Shown: piece after piece, positions 1 to 12,400 of the stretch | How the letters are laid out: each line of letters starts with the position of its first letter | Numbering within the stretch: position 1 is the stretch's first letter | Source of the DNA: Guillardia theta CCMP2712 | Lineage: Eukaryota; Protista; Cryptophyta | Assembly (NCBI RefSeq): GCF_000315625.1 | Contig: NW_005434579.1 | Coordinates: 199,713 to 263,712, forward strand | Length of the DNA: 64,000 bases | Direction of reading: 5' to 3' | Notes under the pieces: model-generated | Seen by the model: only the letters and a program-made list of their open reading frames with translations | What the model was told of the DNA's origin: nothing | Database searches by the model: none | Made by a program: the position numbers and the translations under genes

Positions 1-799
1 ACCAACGGTTTGATCCCTCCCTCCTGCACGATCTTGAACTCATTCTGAGGGTGGACGGACAGGTTTCTAATCGCTCCCGACGCCTGGATGAGGACGGGGT
101 CACTCTGCGACCGCAGCAGGGCGATCAGGTGTGGTAGCGCCCCCTCCTGGACGATCTTGACCTTGTTCTCGTCATTCACGGCAAGATTGCGCAGAGTTCC
201 TGCAGCTTGCTCTTGTATCTTCGGATTGTTTGATTGTAGCAGCCTGACCATGTATGTAAGAGCACCCTCCCTGACGATCTTGAGGTGATTTTCTGCATTG
301 ACGGACAATGACCAAAGGGCGCCTGCTGCTTGCTGTTGGATCCCTTCATTGGACGAGGACAAGAGATCAACCAATGGCGGAAGACCTCCCTCCTGCACGA
401 TCAATTCTGCATTTACAAAGCCAAGATTCGGCATCTTTCAGGCTTCTATTCCTTGAAGTTGCAGACACAGATTTCAAAAATCAAGGATGGAATTGGAACC
501 TACAGTGAGCAGGGAGTCAGCAAAGTTTGAACAGAAGTCTTCGTTCGAGCAAGAACGCAACAACATTCTGATGGCAACATCGCAATCGATCTTCATCACC
601 CCATACCATTGTCTCAAACAACAGCACAGCCAACGATGGCGCAGACAGTGCAGGCAAAGACGATCTTCTTGAGCACCACAACACGGGTATCCCAACAAGG
701 GCATTGCATGAGACGACATCATGAGGAGTGTTACGAGGAGCAATCGAGCACCTCTCATTGTTCTGATCCCATACCTCCTCACCTTCGCTCGTATGCCAT
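1..799 (-). CDS. Armadillo-repeat protein (Vac8-like); multi-exon, 3' end outside the window
   Basis: Minus-strand exon ~1-408 reads ELIVQEGGLPPLVDLLSSSNEGIQQQAAGALWSLSVNAENHLKIVREGALTYMVRLLQSNNPKIQEQAAGTLRNLAVNDENKVKIVQEGALPHLIALL, which are canonical ~41-aa ARM repeats. The start at 799 (MAYER, then a gtgagg donor) is tentative. Confidence 0.85.
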
Positions 800-1155
800 T
801 GCTCGCGCCTGTTTCAGTTGATCCTCCTCCTAGTCGACGCCCCTATGAACCGAAATTCGACAGTTTTTACTTAACTATTTCGAGTACTAGATTACAGTTT
901 GCCAGTTGTCTTTTACATTGAAATTTCATGATCAAGTTTGAAAACAAATTTCAATTATGAAAACAAATTTCAATCATAATTGAAATGTATCTGTCACCGA
1001 AGATTCTCAGCACCGGTGGTATAGTTTTATTATCAAAGTTCACCCATTACAGGGTAGGGTACTTCTCGTTCACCTATTTTTATCGAACAGGCTTGACGGC
1101 AGTGAAAACTTTCAAAGTTTCACTGAGCCGCGCCCTACATGCTGAGTACCGTACC

Positions 1156-1645
1156 TTTACTCAAAGTTAAGTTAAAATCAGTACGAGGACAATCAGGAGA
1201 GTCGGTCGAGGAGGCCGCTTGACCCAGTGACACTGTCGCACAGGCCAAACGGCGAGAAGAGAAAAGACTGATGGAGCGTATGCCAGCCGTGCCAGTCAGA
1301 TAGCGCCGAGTTAACAAAAACTCTCCTGTAAACCAAGACGACTTACGTGTTTGCGAGGCGGCAATGTAGCGTGTGGGACGAAGAGGGGGAAGTTTCAGGC
1401 TACAGGCTAGCCGTCTTGCTAAGGTCCTCTTATGTCTGGATGCTTGGGTTTCACATCCTAGCATACAACGGTCTGTCTCTCATGTGCTCCTCAATTCTGG
1501 TTTTGTGTACATTAAACTCGGTCTTCGGAGCAAAAACTGTCTTGTTACAACTAAGGTCGATGTGATATCTGCGTGACTTTGGACTAGTACAAGTCTAACA
1601 AACTTGTATTCCGTCAAAGACAGCGAGAACCAAACCCAATCCTGC
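1156..1645 (+). repeat. Copy of a dispersed repeat beginning TTTACTCAAAGTTAAGTTAAAATCAGTACGAGGAC, interrupted by a solo LTR
   Basis: 1181-1268 joined to 1622-1645 aligns with the reverse complement of ~43396-43530; the leading motif recurs elsewhere in the window. Confidence 0.8.
1269..1616. mobile_element. Solo LTR of an LTR retrotransposon (348 bp)
   Basis: Starts TG, ends CA, with short inverted termini (TGATGGA...TCCGTCA) and a 5-bp TSD AAGAC at 1264-1268 and 1617-1621. The empty site is seen in the repeat copy at ~43405-43430. Confidence 0.85.
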
Positions 1646-2394
1646 ACCCGGTCCGGTACCCGGTGACAGGCCCACCGGTGACCGTACTCGGAGGCTCTGA
1701 GTGACGGACCGTCGTACGACGGTCAGTGATGGCCGCGGCGCCGCGCCGCGGCGGCCCCCGGCAGTCGGCACGGTGCTGATCGGACTCCCGAGGACTCCGC
1801 CGGGCCGGGGGACTGGGACTCGGGATGACTGAGCCTAGTGACGGACTCGTGAGCGGCGCCGGGCGACCGCGGCGCGGCGCCGGCCCCACGGACCCGGGTC
1901 GCCGGGATCACCGGGACCATTGAACTTCCGGAACTTCGGAAGCCTTCACTGTCGTACGGCGTGAAGGCCGTACGGTGGCAGCCTGTACGCCGCCGTACTG
2001 AGTTTCAAAGTTTGGCCGCAAGCCTTGCCAGGAAGTCAAGTTGACTGAGCCTGGCAGCCTAGTACGCCGCGCTAGTAGCAACTTGCCAAGTTGAGTCACG
2101 GTGAACTGAGTTTCATTAACAAAAAAAATCACGCCGAGATGCCGCAAGGCTTCAACGGAGTCACGCGCGGCAGTTGGAAAATCTGACCGTTAGGCTCGAA
2201 GATGCGGTATACCGTACAAAAGCTAGAGGGCCTGAATGGACGCGCCTAACTACAACCACCGGGCTTTCCACCGAGTTGCTGCGTGCTATCTCATTATCAC
2301 TGCGAGCCAAGTTACATGTGCTTGTCGATGATAGGAGCCAGCTTCTCGACAGTGTCCGATTCATCCATGTTGCCCTCAATGCCTGGAGAAGGAT

Positions 2395-3528
2395 TCACTT
2401 CGAGTCGAGTCCGAGCGGTTGTGACTTACCCGCAATGAAGTTCTTGAGGGGGATCTCGCCAGCGTCGGGGGGGCAGCGCATGATCATGGCCATGAACGCC
2501 TCCTTGGGGAACCCGTCCTTGTTGTCCGCAGGAAGCAGATCAAGAAACCAGGCGTAAAGCTTGTCCGGGCTTCCTCCGGTCTGAGATTCGCATCCAGTCA
2601 GAGGGAAGATGCTCCCACAGCGAGTACAGACCTTGGCGTGGAGAGCTTCCAGCTTTGGCTTGAGCTCAGGCATGACGGCGTTTGAGTGCTTCCTTCGCTT
2701 GATAGCATCTCTCACCTGGGAGATCACCTGGCAGAGCATCAGCATGTAAGCCCCGCATGCACAAACGGGCCAGTCTACCTTCTCCTCGAAAATCTCAGGA
2801 GTGTCCTTGGCTGGAATCATTTTGGAGAAGCAGCTCACGAGCTGGTCGGAGGTGACGATGGGACCGTCGGGGCCTGGGCTCTTCACCTGCTCCTCGGAGA
2901 CATCACAGAGGAACCTGAAGGTCGAATAACACGTCAGAATCTTAAAAACCAAAGAAGCTTCGCCAAGATATTCAAGAGGGGAATGGTGTACGTACGCGAC
3001 AGCCGGAGGAGGAAGAGGTGGCTTGCCATTAGTCATAGCAATGGTGTTGAGCATGTCATGGACAGCAACTAGACGACCGCCGACAAGGCCGTGATATTCT
3101 TCCAAGTCGGATCTGAACTTCTCGACGATGGTCTTAGCCTGATTCAAGTACATTTCAGGAGACGTACGAAACACTATCCGGCTATCATTCACAGAGCTAC
3201 GAGGCAATCAAAATACCATAAGGACTCACAACAAATTGCTACAGAGGAATCAGCCAACAACTGATATACTATCTCGCACCTCGGATGCTCAAATTGTATA
3301 GCGTACATCAAACACCAAAATTCGCGTACAGAATCTGCCATAACCTTGCTTCACCCCTTATTCATTCCTTTTCATCACTTTCTTCCCTCGCGTCTCACTA
3401 GCCATCAAGCTCCCGCCTTCGATTCGTCTTCTTGTTACCTCTTCCTCCCTCCTCCCTCCTCCCTCCTCCCTCCTCCCTCCTCCCTCCTCCTCCCTTACCT
3501 CTGGATGGACATTGGGATCGGACGACAT
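2395..3528 (-). CDS. Hypothetical protein, ~300 aa, 4 exons
   Basis: 270-aa ORF 2395-3207 with coding-like codon usage. Phase-consistent upstream exons MSSDPNVHPE / VMADSVREFWCLMYAIQFEHP / 9-nt micro-exon. Contains CAC and CTRC motifs. Confidence 0.7.
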
Positions 3529-5469
3529 GACTGATGACGCACAACCTTTGCACGCCAGAAGTTGAACCCACCCCTCCAAATCCATACAACTACCCGGTCC
3601 TTAGCAATCCGGGCCTCGGCAAATCGGCACCCGGCATCGGGTTCCGGGGCCAACTGAGCTGGTCACTAACATAGCCTCTGAGGCGGGTGAGCTTGCTATG
3701 TGTATTCCCCAACTTCACAAACTTCCAGGTGGGTAGTCCAATAGCTGTTTCAATCCAAACATTCTCTACAAATTTTGAAATATTGTATTTTAATTTAAAA
3801 ATATTTTGAATATTTGAAAATTTCTCTCGACACTACCCACTTGTTGAGTATTCCTCCTCCTTCCCCAGTTTCCCCCAGTTTGTTGGACCCCACCCCCCTA
3901 GTTTATCTATACACACGGGTCTTTGCTGTTTCCCGCCTCCGACAACCCCTGACTTATGACAAGGACGGTGCGAGTACCCTAGCTTATTGACAACCTACCC
4001 ACCTTTTTTACTGCAAAAGTACCCCATCCGAAATATATCGACACCACCCTAGCCCGAAGAAATTACCCCTACCCTCATGTCCACTTCAATCTCTTGATTC
4101 CACTACCCCTACCCCTATTAAAATGGAATAGCCCCCATAACGTGTATACCACCCTTGTGCTGTCATGTCCCACCAAGCCTTTGACAGCTTGGGGTACCGG
4201 TATTCATACTACCACTACCCCTTATCTAATGGTACCCCACCCCCGGGGTCCGTGCACGCTCCCCCATGCCGGTTCTTCGACGATGGCTGGCGAAGAGGAG
4301 CAGGGAGGAGTCATGGAGGGAAGGAAAGGAGGCAGGCATTGCAAGAAGAGGCAGAGACGAAGACAACGATAGAAAGAGAAGAACAACAAGCCATAGGAGG
4401 GAGGATGATGTCTTTTACAAAGCGGAGAGAGACAGTATAGGCGTTGACTCACGATAGGGCTGAGGAGATGAGAAGGAAGAATTCGTGCATGATACGGAGG
4501 AGCCAAGAGATCAAGCGTGTGTGGATGTAGAATTAAGTTTGTTCTGAGGTAAGGTGAGCACATTTTTTAATGCAGTGTCAAAGAGTAGACTGCATGGGTA
4601 TTCTTGAGGTGCTCGTTGCCATAAAGGGATTGCATCGCGATCTTTCTTTAGCAATGAAGACAACTACCGTGACAAGTCAGAATGTGTTGAGCGAGATGAG
4701 TGCATTAAACATGCGAGTGAAAATTCTTAAGATCTAGCGTAGACTTTATCGAGGGACTGGTGAAAAAAGAATTGCGTCGTTTGAAGATGTCGTAATGACT
4801 GAGTGATGGAGGGTTGTCAAGAAAGCAAATGAGAAGCAAAGATCACAAAAGAATGATATCCCAGAGGTATAATGAATTAAGGGAGAGAGAAAGAGAAGCT
4901 GAAGTTCTTGATTGAATGGGACGAGCGCAGCAGCAAACTTTGGACTCATGCAGGAAATTTGAGATATGACATGGATCCTCTTGCTATTGTTGTTGCATTG
5001 CAACAAGTTCGTTACTCTCGCAGACTTTCCCCCTTTCATTGGGTCTTGTCTCATGGATTGTATCCCATCTAATTTCCTTGCACTCACTCAAGTCTCTTCA
5101 CAGGTGGCATATATGGTTAGGCCGCAGTTGAAGCAGCGATGATGACAGCAGTGTTGGAGGAAATGCACTATGCTCATTGAAGCCGTGAAGCTGCCCTCCA
5201 TTAGAAAGCTTTTGAAGGAGAAAGCAAGCAGGAGCAATGAGGGCTCGTAGGAAAAAGGATCTCTGAGGAAGCAGCCAGACTCGGGGTCGGAAGGCTTCCG
5301 TCGAGTATTGAACACCACAACAGGGCTTCCCCGTTGGATTGCATAGATTAGGTTCGCTTGATTGTTGGGGAAGGAGAGAGTTGGCACGGGGTCACCTTTG
5401 GTTGGATGCTGGACTGCCGTGTAATCTCATCCTTGGTGTGACCGCGTCAGTCACCATCCTTCGTCAAGG

Positions 5470-6629
5470 ATGCACAGAGACGGCTTGATCGATTTCACGG
5501 CTGGGAGTGTGTCAGGCCTCGTTGCCGATGGAGCGACCCATCCCATCGACACCATCAGGACGAGGCTATGGGTTCAAGGTCCTGCGACAGGGTTGGAGTA
5601 TCGATATCGGGGGCTGTGGGACGGTTTCCGCGATATTGTGAGGAAAGAGGGTATCAATGCCCTCTTCAAAGGGTTTGGCAGCGTTGCTCTGCTCACTCCC
5701 GTGGCTCATGGGTTGTACTTCGGCTCATACGAGTGGTCGAAGATGAAGTTGCAGTCCATGACGACCAAGAGCGGCGCTCGCGTGATGGGTGAGACGTCTG
5801 CGCACATGACTGCAGGATTCTTAGCAAACTGTGTGGGAGCATTGATCTGGAACCCGATGGATGTGGTGAAGCAGAAGCAGCAGGCAGTAGTTGGCGATCT
5901 CTACCACGGTCCCGTCGATGGACTGGTCACGATATGGAGGGAGGGAGGCCTCATGCAGGGGCTGATGCGGGGCTACTGGTCTGGCATCGCCACTTACGGG
6001 CCCTTCTCCGCCATCTACTTCATGACGTACGAGCGGTTCAAGCTTGACTGCATGCGGTACAAGTTGACTTCGGGCAAGCTTAACACAGCGCATTTCATAG
6101 GTGAGCGATACATTTCGCGCTCGTCTCCTGCATCTAACGTGACGTCAGTTGGTGGTTTCTTCGCTGGTACTGTGGCGGCCATTGCCACTGCCCCGATCGA
6201 CCTGATCAAGACGAGGATCCAGGCAGAAACAATCTTTCATTGTTGCGGCACGAGGGAATGAATGACGTGCGGTTAGGTTTGCGATGGATACCGTGGGGTT
6301 GTTCAGACTGCTACAAGGCTGGTGGGTCAAATGTGTCTTTTCTTTCTTACAACTTGATGACTCCAGTGTTTCCTTCATCCCCCTTGCACGCTTCTTTCTC
6401 TACCGCTCGGGAAACGTACCAGCTCACTTGCTCATGGACGTTGTTGCCAGGTGAAGGAAGAGGGCGTCGGCATCTTCACCAAGGGGCTCATGGCCCGAGT
6501 GATCTGGGTGGCTCCAGGATGGTGAGGTTGAGATGAAAGATGCAAGGGAGATTGATTTTCTGCAGTGCAATCACCATTGCCGTGTTTGAGGATGTCAAGA
6601 TTCTCATGGGTGGCAAGCCCTCCCTATGA
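5470..6629 (+). CDS. Mitochondrial carrier (SLC25) family protein
   Basis: Three PxD/ExxK/R signatures (PIDTIRTR, PMDVVKQK, PIDLIKTR) and YRGLWDGFRDIVRKEG. The spliced C-terminus VKEEGVGIFTKGLMARVIWVAPGCAITIAVFE ends at TGA 6627-6629. Confidence 0.93.
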
Positions 6630-6874
6630 TGGCGGACCTTTCTCTTTTCTGTATTTCTGCGTGTCGTTACTCGTTCTAGTTCATGTTCGTGAGATCAAAT
6701 CTCATGTGTTTTTCTTTCAATCCACGTTTTTCGATAAGATTTCATGAGATGTTTTGTGGCAGTTTTTTCCTATTACCATAGAACACTAAAGTTTTCAATA
6801 CAGATTTTTCTATTCAAACAAAACAAGTGCAAGTTATGTACACACCCTTGTTTACAGGAAAGAACAAACTAGAA

Positions 6875-7495
6875 TTAAGAGGTCGGCGAGCGCAGGCGTT
6901 TCTCCCCCAAGGAGCACACTCTCTCTCCATGCTCACTCTGAGAACCCTCACCAATCATCAGATTCTGCAAGTTGACACACGCTTGTGAGAGCGACGACAA
7001 GCTTGCCGAATCCTTGGCATCGGAGCAGCTCTTCAATCGATCTGGTCGCCGAGCTACGTCCTTCTCTCGAAGCTGATTGTGACTTTCACTCCTTCTGTTG
7101 AGAAACCAGCAGAGCGAACCAACAGAGTCGTCAGAGATATGATCCATGGTCTTTGACCGTCTCATCTTCCTTGGAGGACTGACCAGATCCATGTCTGGGT
7201 TGTCTGACATTGGAGACTCCAACGATGGCTCGATCCAAAGCAGAGGCTTGACCTTCTTTCCTTCCTTTCTCCTCATTCCTGCAGATCGAAAGTGCATGTG
7301 ATGAGCTGGCTCTTTTCTCGAATCGGCGATCGGTCCTTGAGCAGAGTTGGAGCTGTCGGGGGACCCGCTGTCCTTGAGATCAATCGTTATGATCTCTTGG
7401 TGTTGTTCGGCGTGTGACTGGCGTGCTTCTCGAATCTTGAATTCAAGTATGTATGGAATCTCAACCACAAGAGAAAATATGGAGAGCGCCGCCAA
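6875..7495 (-). CDS. Hypothetical Ser/Arg-rich, likely disordered protein
   Basis: 206-aa non-repetitive ORF; no family recognised and true start uncertain. Confidence 0.5.
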   Translation of the reverse strand: MAALSIFSLVVEIPYILEFKIREARQSHAEQHQEIITIDLKDSGSPDSSNSAQGPIADSRKEPAHHMHFRSAGMRRKEGKKVKPLLWIEPSLESPMSDNPDMDLVSPPRKMRRSKTMDHISDDSVGSLCWFLNRRSESHNQLREKDVARRPDRLKSCSDAKDSASLSSLSQACVNLQNLMIGEGSQSEHGERVCSLGEKRLRSPTS

Positions 7496-8659
7496 GATTT
7501 ACCGTCGGCACCAGAGATCCAAATCAGGGGAAGGTACGCAAAAGGAGGCGAAGGAAGAACGAAAATCCAGAGAGATATGTGGAGGGTCGGATGTCAACGA
7601 TGGAGGAGGAGAGACGGGGAGAGAGAGAAGGAAGAAGAAGAGGAAGAGGAGGAAGAGGAAGAGCCGCGACGGAGGGGGACGAGAAGGGTCAGATGCCGCC
7701 AGGTGGTCGTGAGATGCGGGCGATTGGGAGGCGATTGGGACGGCAAACCTACCTTCAAACAGCACCCCTCCTTTTCTCAGTACCCACCCCATGGGGAACA
7801 GATTATGTGTCACCCCTACCCATATAATTACCTTCAATTACCCCTCTATATCAAAGGGATTTCTTGAATCAAGATCAGGATGGGTACCATACAGACCACA
7901 ACCCCTGGTGTTATGTGGCTGTTATACCGTACCCCTCTGGAATACCACGGAAAACCCCCACCCCCTACACTACACCAGGGTAGGGTTGACGGTTGTGAAG
8001 AACGAGGCCGACTCAACCCACCCTTTAATTTTGTGTCAATATACCCCTCCATTTATGCTATAAATAACCCCTACTCAAATATATTTTTGCACCCCCACCC
8101 CACGTTTTTACTCCGCTTCCATGTAGATTGTCATGGACCCAATCTTCCAACGGCTACCGAAGAGGATAATCGAAATAGCACACTTTCAGTTCTTACCTTT
8201 TTGTATATCTATTTTAAAAGCTCTCACCAAGAGGTCGGCTCAAAAAACGCCCATCTATTTTGGCAACCAGTACCCCTAAAAATACCACCCCACCCCCTAT
8301 ATCTCTCTCTGTGTACCCCCTATGGTCCCATGACTTACGCGTTGCATGTCTCAGGATCGTCCCTCTCCCCCAGTTCGGAATAAGTATGAGTGCAGTAGTC
8401 CTCAAACCGCCATTCCTTTTCATAACGCTTTCAGAGTAATTTGAAATTACATTGAAACACTTGAATATCTCCGCGGTTTGCTGGTGCTGTAGACCTTACA
8501 ACAGATCGGACGGTCACGAAGTCACCAATATGGACCCCTATTTTTATTGTTAAAGTACCCCACCTCTAGACAGTGCTGGGAGTATGACCTCAACTGACGT
8601 TCTTATCCATCTGTACGATAAGGCGTTGCCAACTTGAGACTTTTAACGCTTCGGAGTCC

Positions 8660-9810
8660 TGGGAGGCCGTGACAGCTTTAGCGCGTGCCCGCCACCGGGC
8701 ATCTGCCCGACTCGTGCCGGGCCTGAAAGGTGACTCACGGTTGATACCGCCGGAAGTGACGGCGGGTCGTACCGTAGTACTGATTTTTAACTCAACTTAA
8801 CTTTGAGTAAACGGAACTTGCGTGACTTGCCTGTGCCACCGTGCCGTCACTCCGAGCCGCGGCGGCGCAGTGCGGCGGCCGCGGGGCGGCCGCCGGTTCC
8901 GACTCGTCCAGTTTCGCTGCCGCTCCGACCGTCTCATTCCGACAAGCCTTGAAGCCGCTGAGCCGCTGAGCTGCAGTCACCCGTGCACTGCACTCGGATG
9001 CCGCCAGAGTGCCGCAGTGCCGCGCGGCGCGCGGCGCGGCCGGGAACTCAGTGACTTGTGACCGGCAGTTGGAGGCTGCCCCCTGCCAGGCGGCGCCCAG
9101 GCTGAGTACGCCCGGCCCGGGTGACAGTCTGTCACACGAGCCCGAACTTCGGAAGTTGGAGTCGACTGGCACTCGGGCCGACTCGCCGGGCCCGGCGAGT
9201 CTCCCGGAGTCCGCCGGGTGGCCGCAGTGCGGCCACTGAGTGACTGACTGTCGGGCCGCAGTGGCCGTGCCGTCGCCGGACCGGGACGCTGCGGCCTGAG
9301 CCTCTCCGTCACTGTCTGCCTGCCAGGGCCGCCGGCCCGGGGCAGGCTAGGCTTGCGCCGGGCCCGGCGCCGGGCCCCGGCGGCCGCCCGGGCCTCACTG
9401 GCCCGGCGGGCCTCAGGCCCGGGGCCGGCCCGCAGTGACTCCGGGGGTCCGGATCGGATCATTCATCACTCAGGTCACCCGGCCAACTTAAACTTAACTT
9501 GCGTCACGGTGGCAGGGCGGCCCGGCGGCGCAGCCTGACCCGCGGGGCCGGCCGCGCCGGCCCGGGCCGGACTCCGGAAGCGCCCCCGGGCCGGTGACAC
9601 CGGGCCGACTCGTGCCGCGCCCGGTGATGCCGATCGGATCGGACTTAGCCTCACGCCGAGTCATGGCTATCAATGGGCAGGGCCCGGCTGACTCCGGCGG
9701 ACCGTACTACGGTAGGCTCATCCCGGGCCCCGGGCCGGGCCGGCCGGGCCGCCCGGCGCCGCGGGCCCGGCGAGCCGCCACTCGGAGGCGCCGGACTCTC
9801 GGGAGTCGGT
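8660..9810. other. GC-rich non-coding intergenic island (one of seven)
   Basis: Very GC-rich, dominated by CCGG/GGCC/GTGAC/GAGTC words; carries the conserved AT motif in reverse at 8777-8811. Confidence 0.75.
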
Positions 9811-9867
9811 GTATTCATAGAACTGTAGGGGGTGGGGTGGGATAATCAAGGAAGAGCACGTGCGATC

Positions 9868-9993
9868 ATGCCCAAGGACAACGATGGTGAGGGGGAAGAA
9901 AGGGAAGGGGGAGGGGGGGATGGGAGGATGTGAAGTATGGGCTATGCTGATGCTGAAGATGCTGAGGAAGACGGAGATGACCATGGAGATGGA

Positions 9994-10024
<31 letters not shown>

Positions 10025-11564
10025 ATGATGATGGAGATGATGATGGAGATGATGGAGATGATGATGATGGAGATGATGATGGAGATGATGATGGAGATGA
10101 TGGAGATGATGATGATGGAGATGATGATGGAGATGATGATGGAGAAACTGACGGGGATCGGTAGCTTAAGCATAACATGACATTTTTGTCCATAGCCACT
10201 GCTCGACGAAGCTCGAGAAGGGATGCGAAACCATATTCAACAGACAAGGTACATACAAGAGCCACGTGGGGCGTTGCTTGACGTGTGGATCAGGCTGGAG
10301 CAGTTGCAAGGATGCTGGAAGACGATGAGGAGATAGTCAACGTCATTGACGGGAAGGAGCTAGAGAAAGCCGCGGTAGATATCGTCAGCAACCGCCCAGT
10401 CGCATGCTCACTGTTCTCTCTCGATTGCAGGAGGCCAACCGCCATGCGAGTGAGGAGCAGGAGGAAGAGGAAGTGGACGAGTCGAAGCCCAGCTTTGGGG
10501 AGATCAGCGCAAAGGATGTGAATGTAAGGCTCCTGACCTGCCTCGATCCCCGAGCTGAGAATTGCCTCCAGGGAGGAAAGATAGAATTCCGCAGGGTTGC
10601 TGTCCCCTCCCACCGTTTCACACCTCTGAAAGAGTGAGAAAATCGTTCCCTCCCCTCCCTCCCCTCCCTCCCCTCCCTCCCCTCCCTTTCCTTCCTCGCC
10701 CCTCCCTCCGTCACTCCCTCCTTCTTCTTACCCCCATCCCTACCCGTCCTCCGTCCCCTCCCTTCTCCTCCCTCTACTTCTTCTCGGTGAGCATTCGCTC
10801 GTGACCTGCTCGAGCAGGAAATGGATGGAGATATATGACCCTATCGTGAAGCACATGAAGTTACAAGTCAGGATGAACCTCAAAACAAAGTCCGTGGAGC
10901 TGCGAGTAAGGCATTTACCTGCTGTCACTTTGAATAACGCATCCTTTTCCTCCCTCCTCCCTCTCCCCTCCCTTCCCCTCCCCTCCCTTGCTCGATGCTT
11001 TTCCTTTCCGTTCTCTCTCCCCTCCTGCAGACCTCGGAGTATACCGAAGACATCTCTGCCCTGCAAAATCTGCTGACTTCGTCAAGGCCTTCATCTTGGG
11101 CTTTGAGGTCCAGGTGAGGAGAGAGGAGGAGGCGAGAGGGTGCTGGAAGGAGGGGCGAGGATGATGTTTTTTGTTATGGAATCTCGTTAGTCTGATGTCG
11201 ATGAAGCTACTCTGCAAAAGATCTTTCTGAGCCTTTCTGTGCTGCTTGTCCCCCCGGACCAGTTGAGAGAGTTTTGTTGGTGACACCATGACAGGATGCC
11301 ATTGCCCTGCTCAGGTTGGATGACCTGTATATCGACACATTCGAGGTGAAGAAGAAAAGGAGGGGAGGGGAGAGGAATGGGAAGGGAATGGGAGGACAGG
11401 AACGGAGGGCAAGGAAGGGGGGCAAGGAAAGAGGAGGAGAAGACTGGAAGGTAACATAGGCATTCTATCCAGATCAAAGACGTGAAGCCTTTGCACGGGG
11501 ATCATCTTTCACGAGCCATCGGAAGAATCGCAGGTGATTATGCACCCAAAACAATCGATTTGTC

Positions 11565-11612
<48 letters not shown>

Positions 11613-12243
11613 CCTGCTCCTGCCCTCCCCCCCCCCTCCTCCTCTCGTCACCCCGCCTGCCACGGCTTTGGTCATCCTCGTTGACCTCTAGCTGCCAATT
11701 TTTCTTTTGTGGGGAAGAAAATCTGCTGAATCAAAGCGTCGAGGCCTCTGGTCGCCTCCGACGTGCAACTCCATGCGCATAATTCCATCAAATCCTCCTC
11801 TTCCTCCTCTTCCTCCTCTTCCTCCTCTTCCCCCACTTCCCTCATTTTTACTGAGATTTTCATCAGGGAAGGGAGGAAAGACGAAGTTTGCCATCGAGAA
11901 CTCTACTCGTACGCGTATCGTCCTTGCAGACAGCAAAATTCACCTGCTCGGTATGAGGGGGAAGTAAAAGAGTTGGAGGAGGGGAGGGGAGGGGAAGGGA
12001 GGGGAGGGAGGACAATGTGAAGGAGAGGGGAGGATGCGGTGAAGGAAGCAAGAGGAAGAGTGACTGGTGGACCAGGTTCGTTCAGCAATATCAAGATTGC
12101 TCGAGATGCTGTTTGTGATCTGATCCTTGGAACTCCTCCGGTTTGTTCTTATCTTGTTATTCTCTTTCAATGACAACAGACGGCAGGGCAAAGTTTATAC
12201 AAAACTGAGAACGATAGCAAGCAGACTGAAAGAAAGATTCTAG
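9868..12243 (+). CDS. PNO1: Pre-rRNA processing KH-domain protein PNO1/DIM2, ~12 exons
   Basis: Spliced peptides RRVAVPSHRFTPLK, WMEIYDPIVKHMKLQVRMNLKTKSVELR, DAIALLRLDDLYIDTFE, HLSRAIGRIAG, GKTKFAIENSTRTRIV, GKVYTKLRTIASRLKERF*. One apparent missing base at 11065-11068. Confidence 0.95.
9975..10145 (+). repeat. Compound (GAT)n/GGAGAT microsatellite in PNO1 intron 1
   Basis: Directly visible; a similar tract lies at 58906-59160. Confidence 0.95.
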
Positions 12244-12400
12244 TGTGTTGTTGTGATAGTAAACCCCTTCTTTTCTTCCTCCGTTGTCTGCTGCTGCTAC
12301 TCCTCCTCCTCCTCCTCCTCCTCCTCCTCCTGGTCTACAGCTGCCCTTCTCTGGTGCAGTCTTTTCCTCTCTTCATTCTCTGGCTATCTTGCTCCTTCCT

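Noticed and set aside
3590-3710. Possible structured ncRNA (ACATAGC...GCTATGT stem)
   Set aside because: No recognisable family motifs and only a 7-bp stem; insufficient support.
4283-5400. Possible plus-strand multi-exon gene or N-terminal extension of the carrier
   Set aside because: Exon-like fragments are present, but I could not build a consistent frame.
8792-9845. Arg/Ala/Pro/Gly-rich ORFs in the GC islands (also 27779-28369, 43468-43824, 46470-47164)
   Set aside because: They stay open only because high GC content depletes stop codons; no protein-like features.
9718-10265. Poly-Met/Asp/Ile/Ser ORFs (also at 26113-26905 and 58753-59275)
   Set aside because: They are translations of intronic trinucleotide microsatellites.
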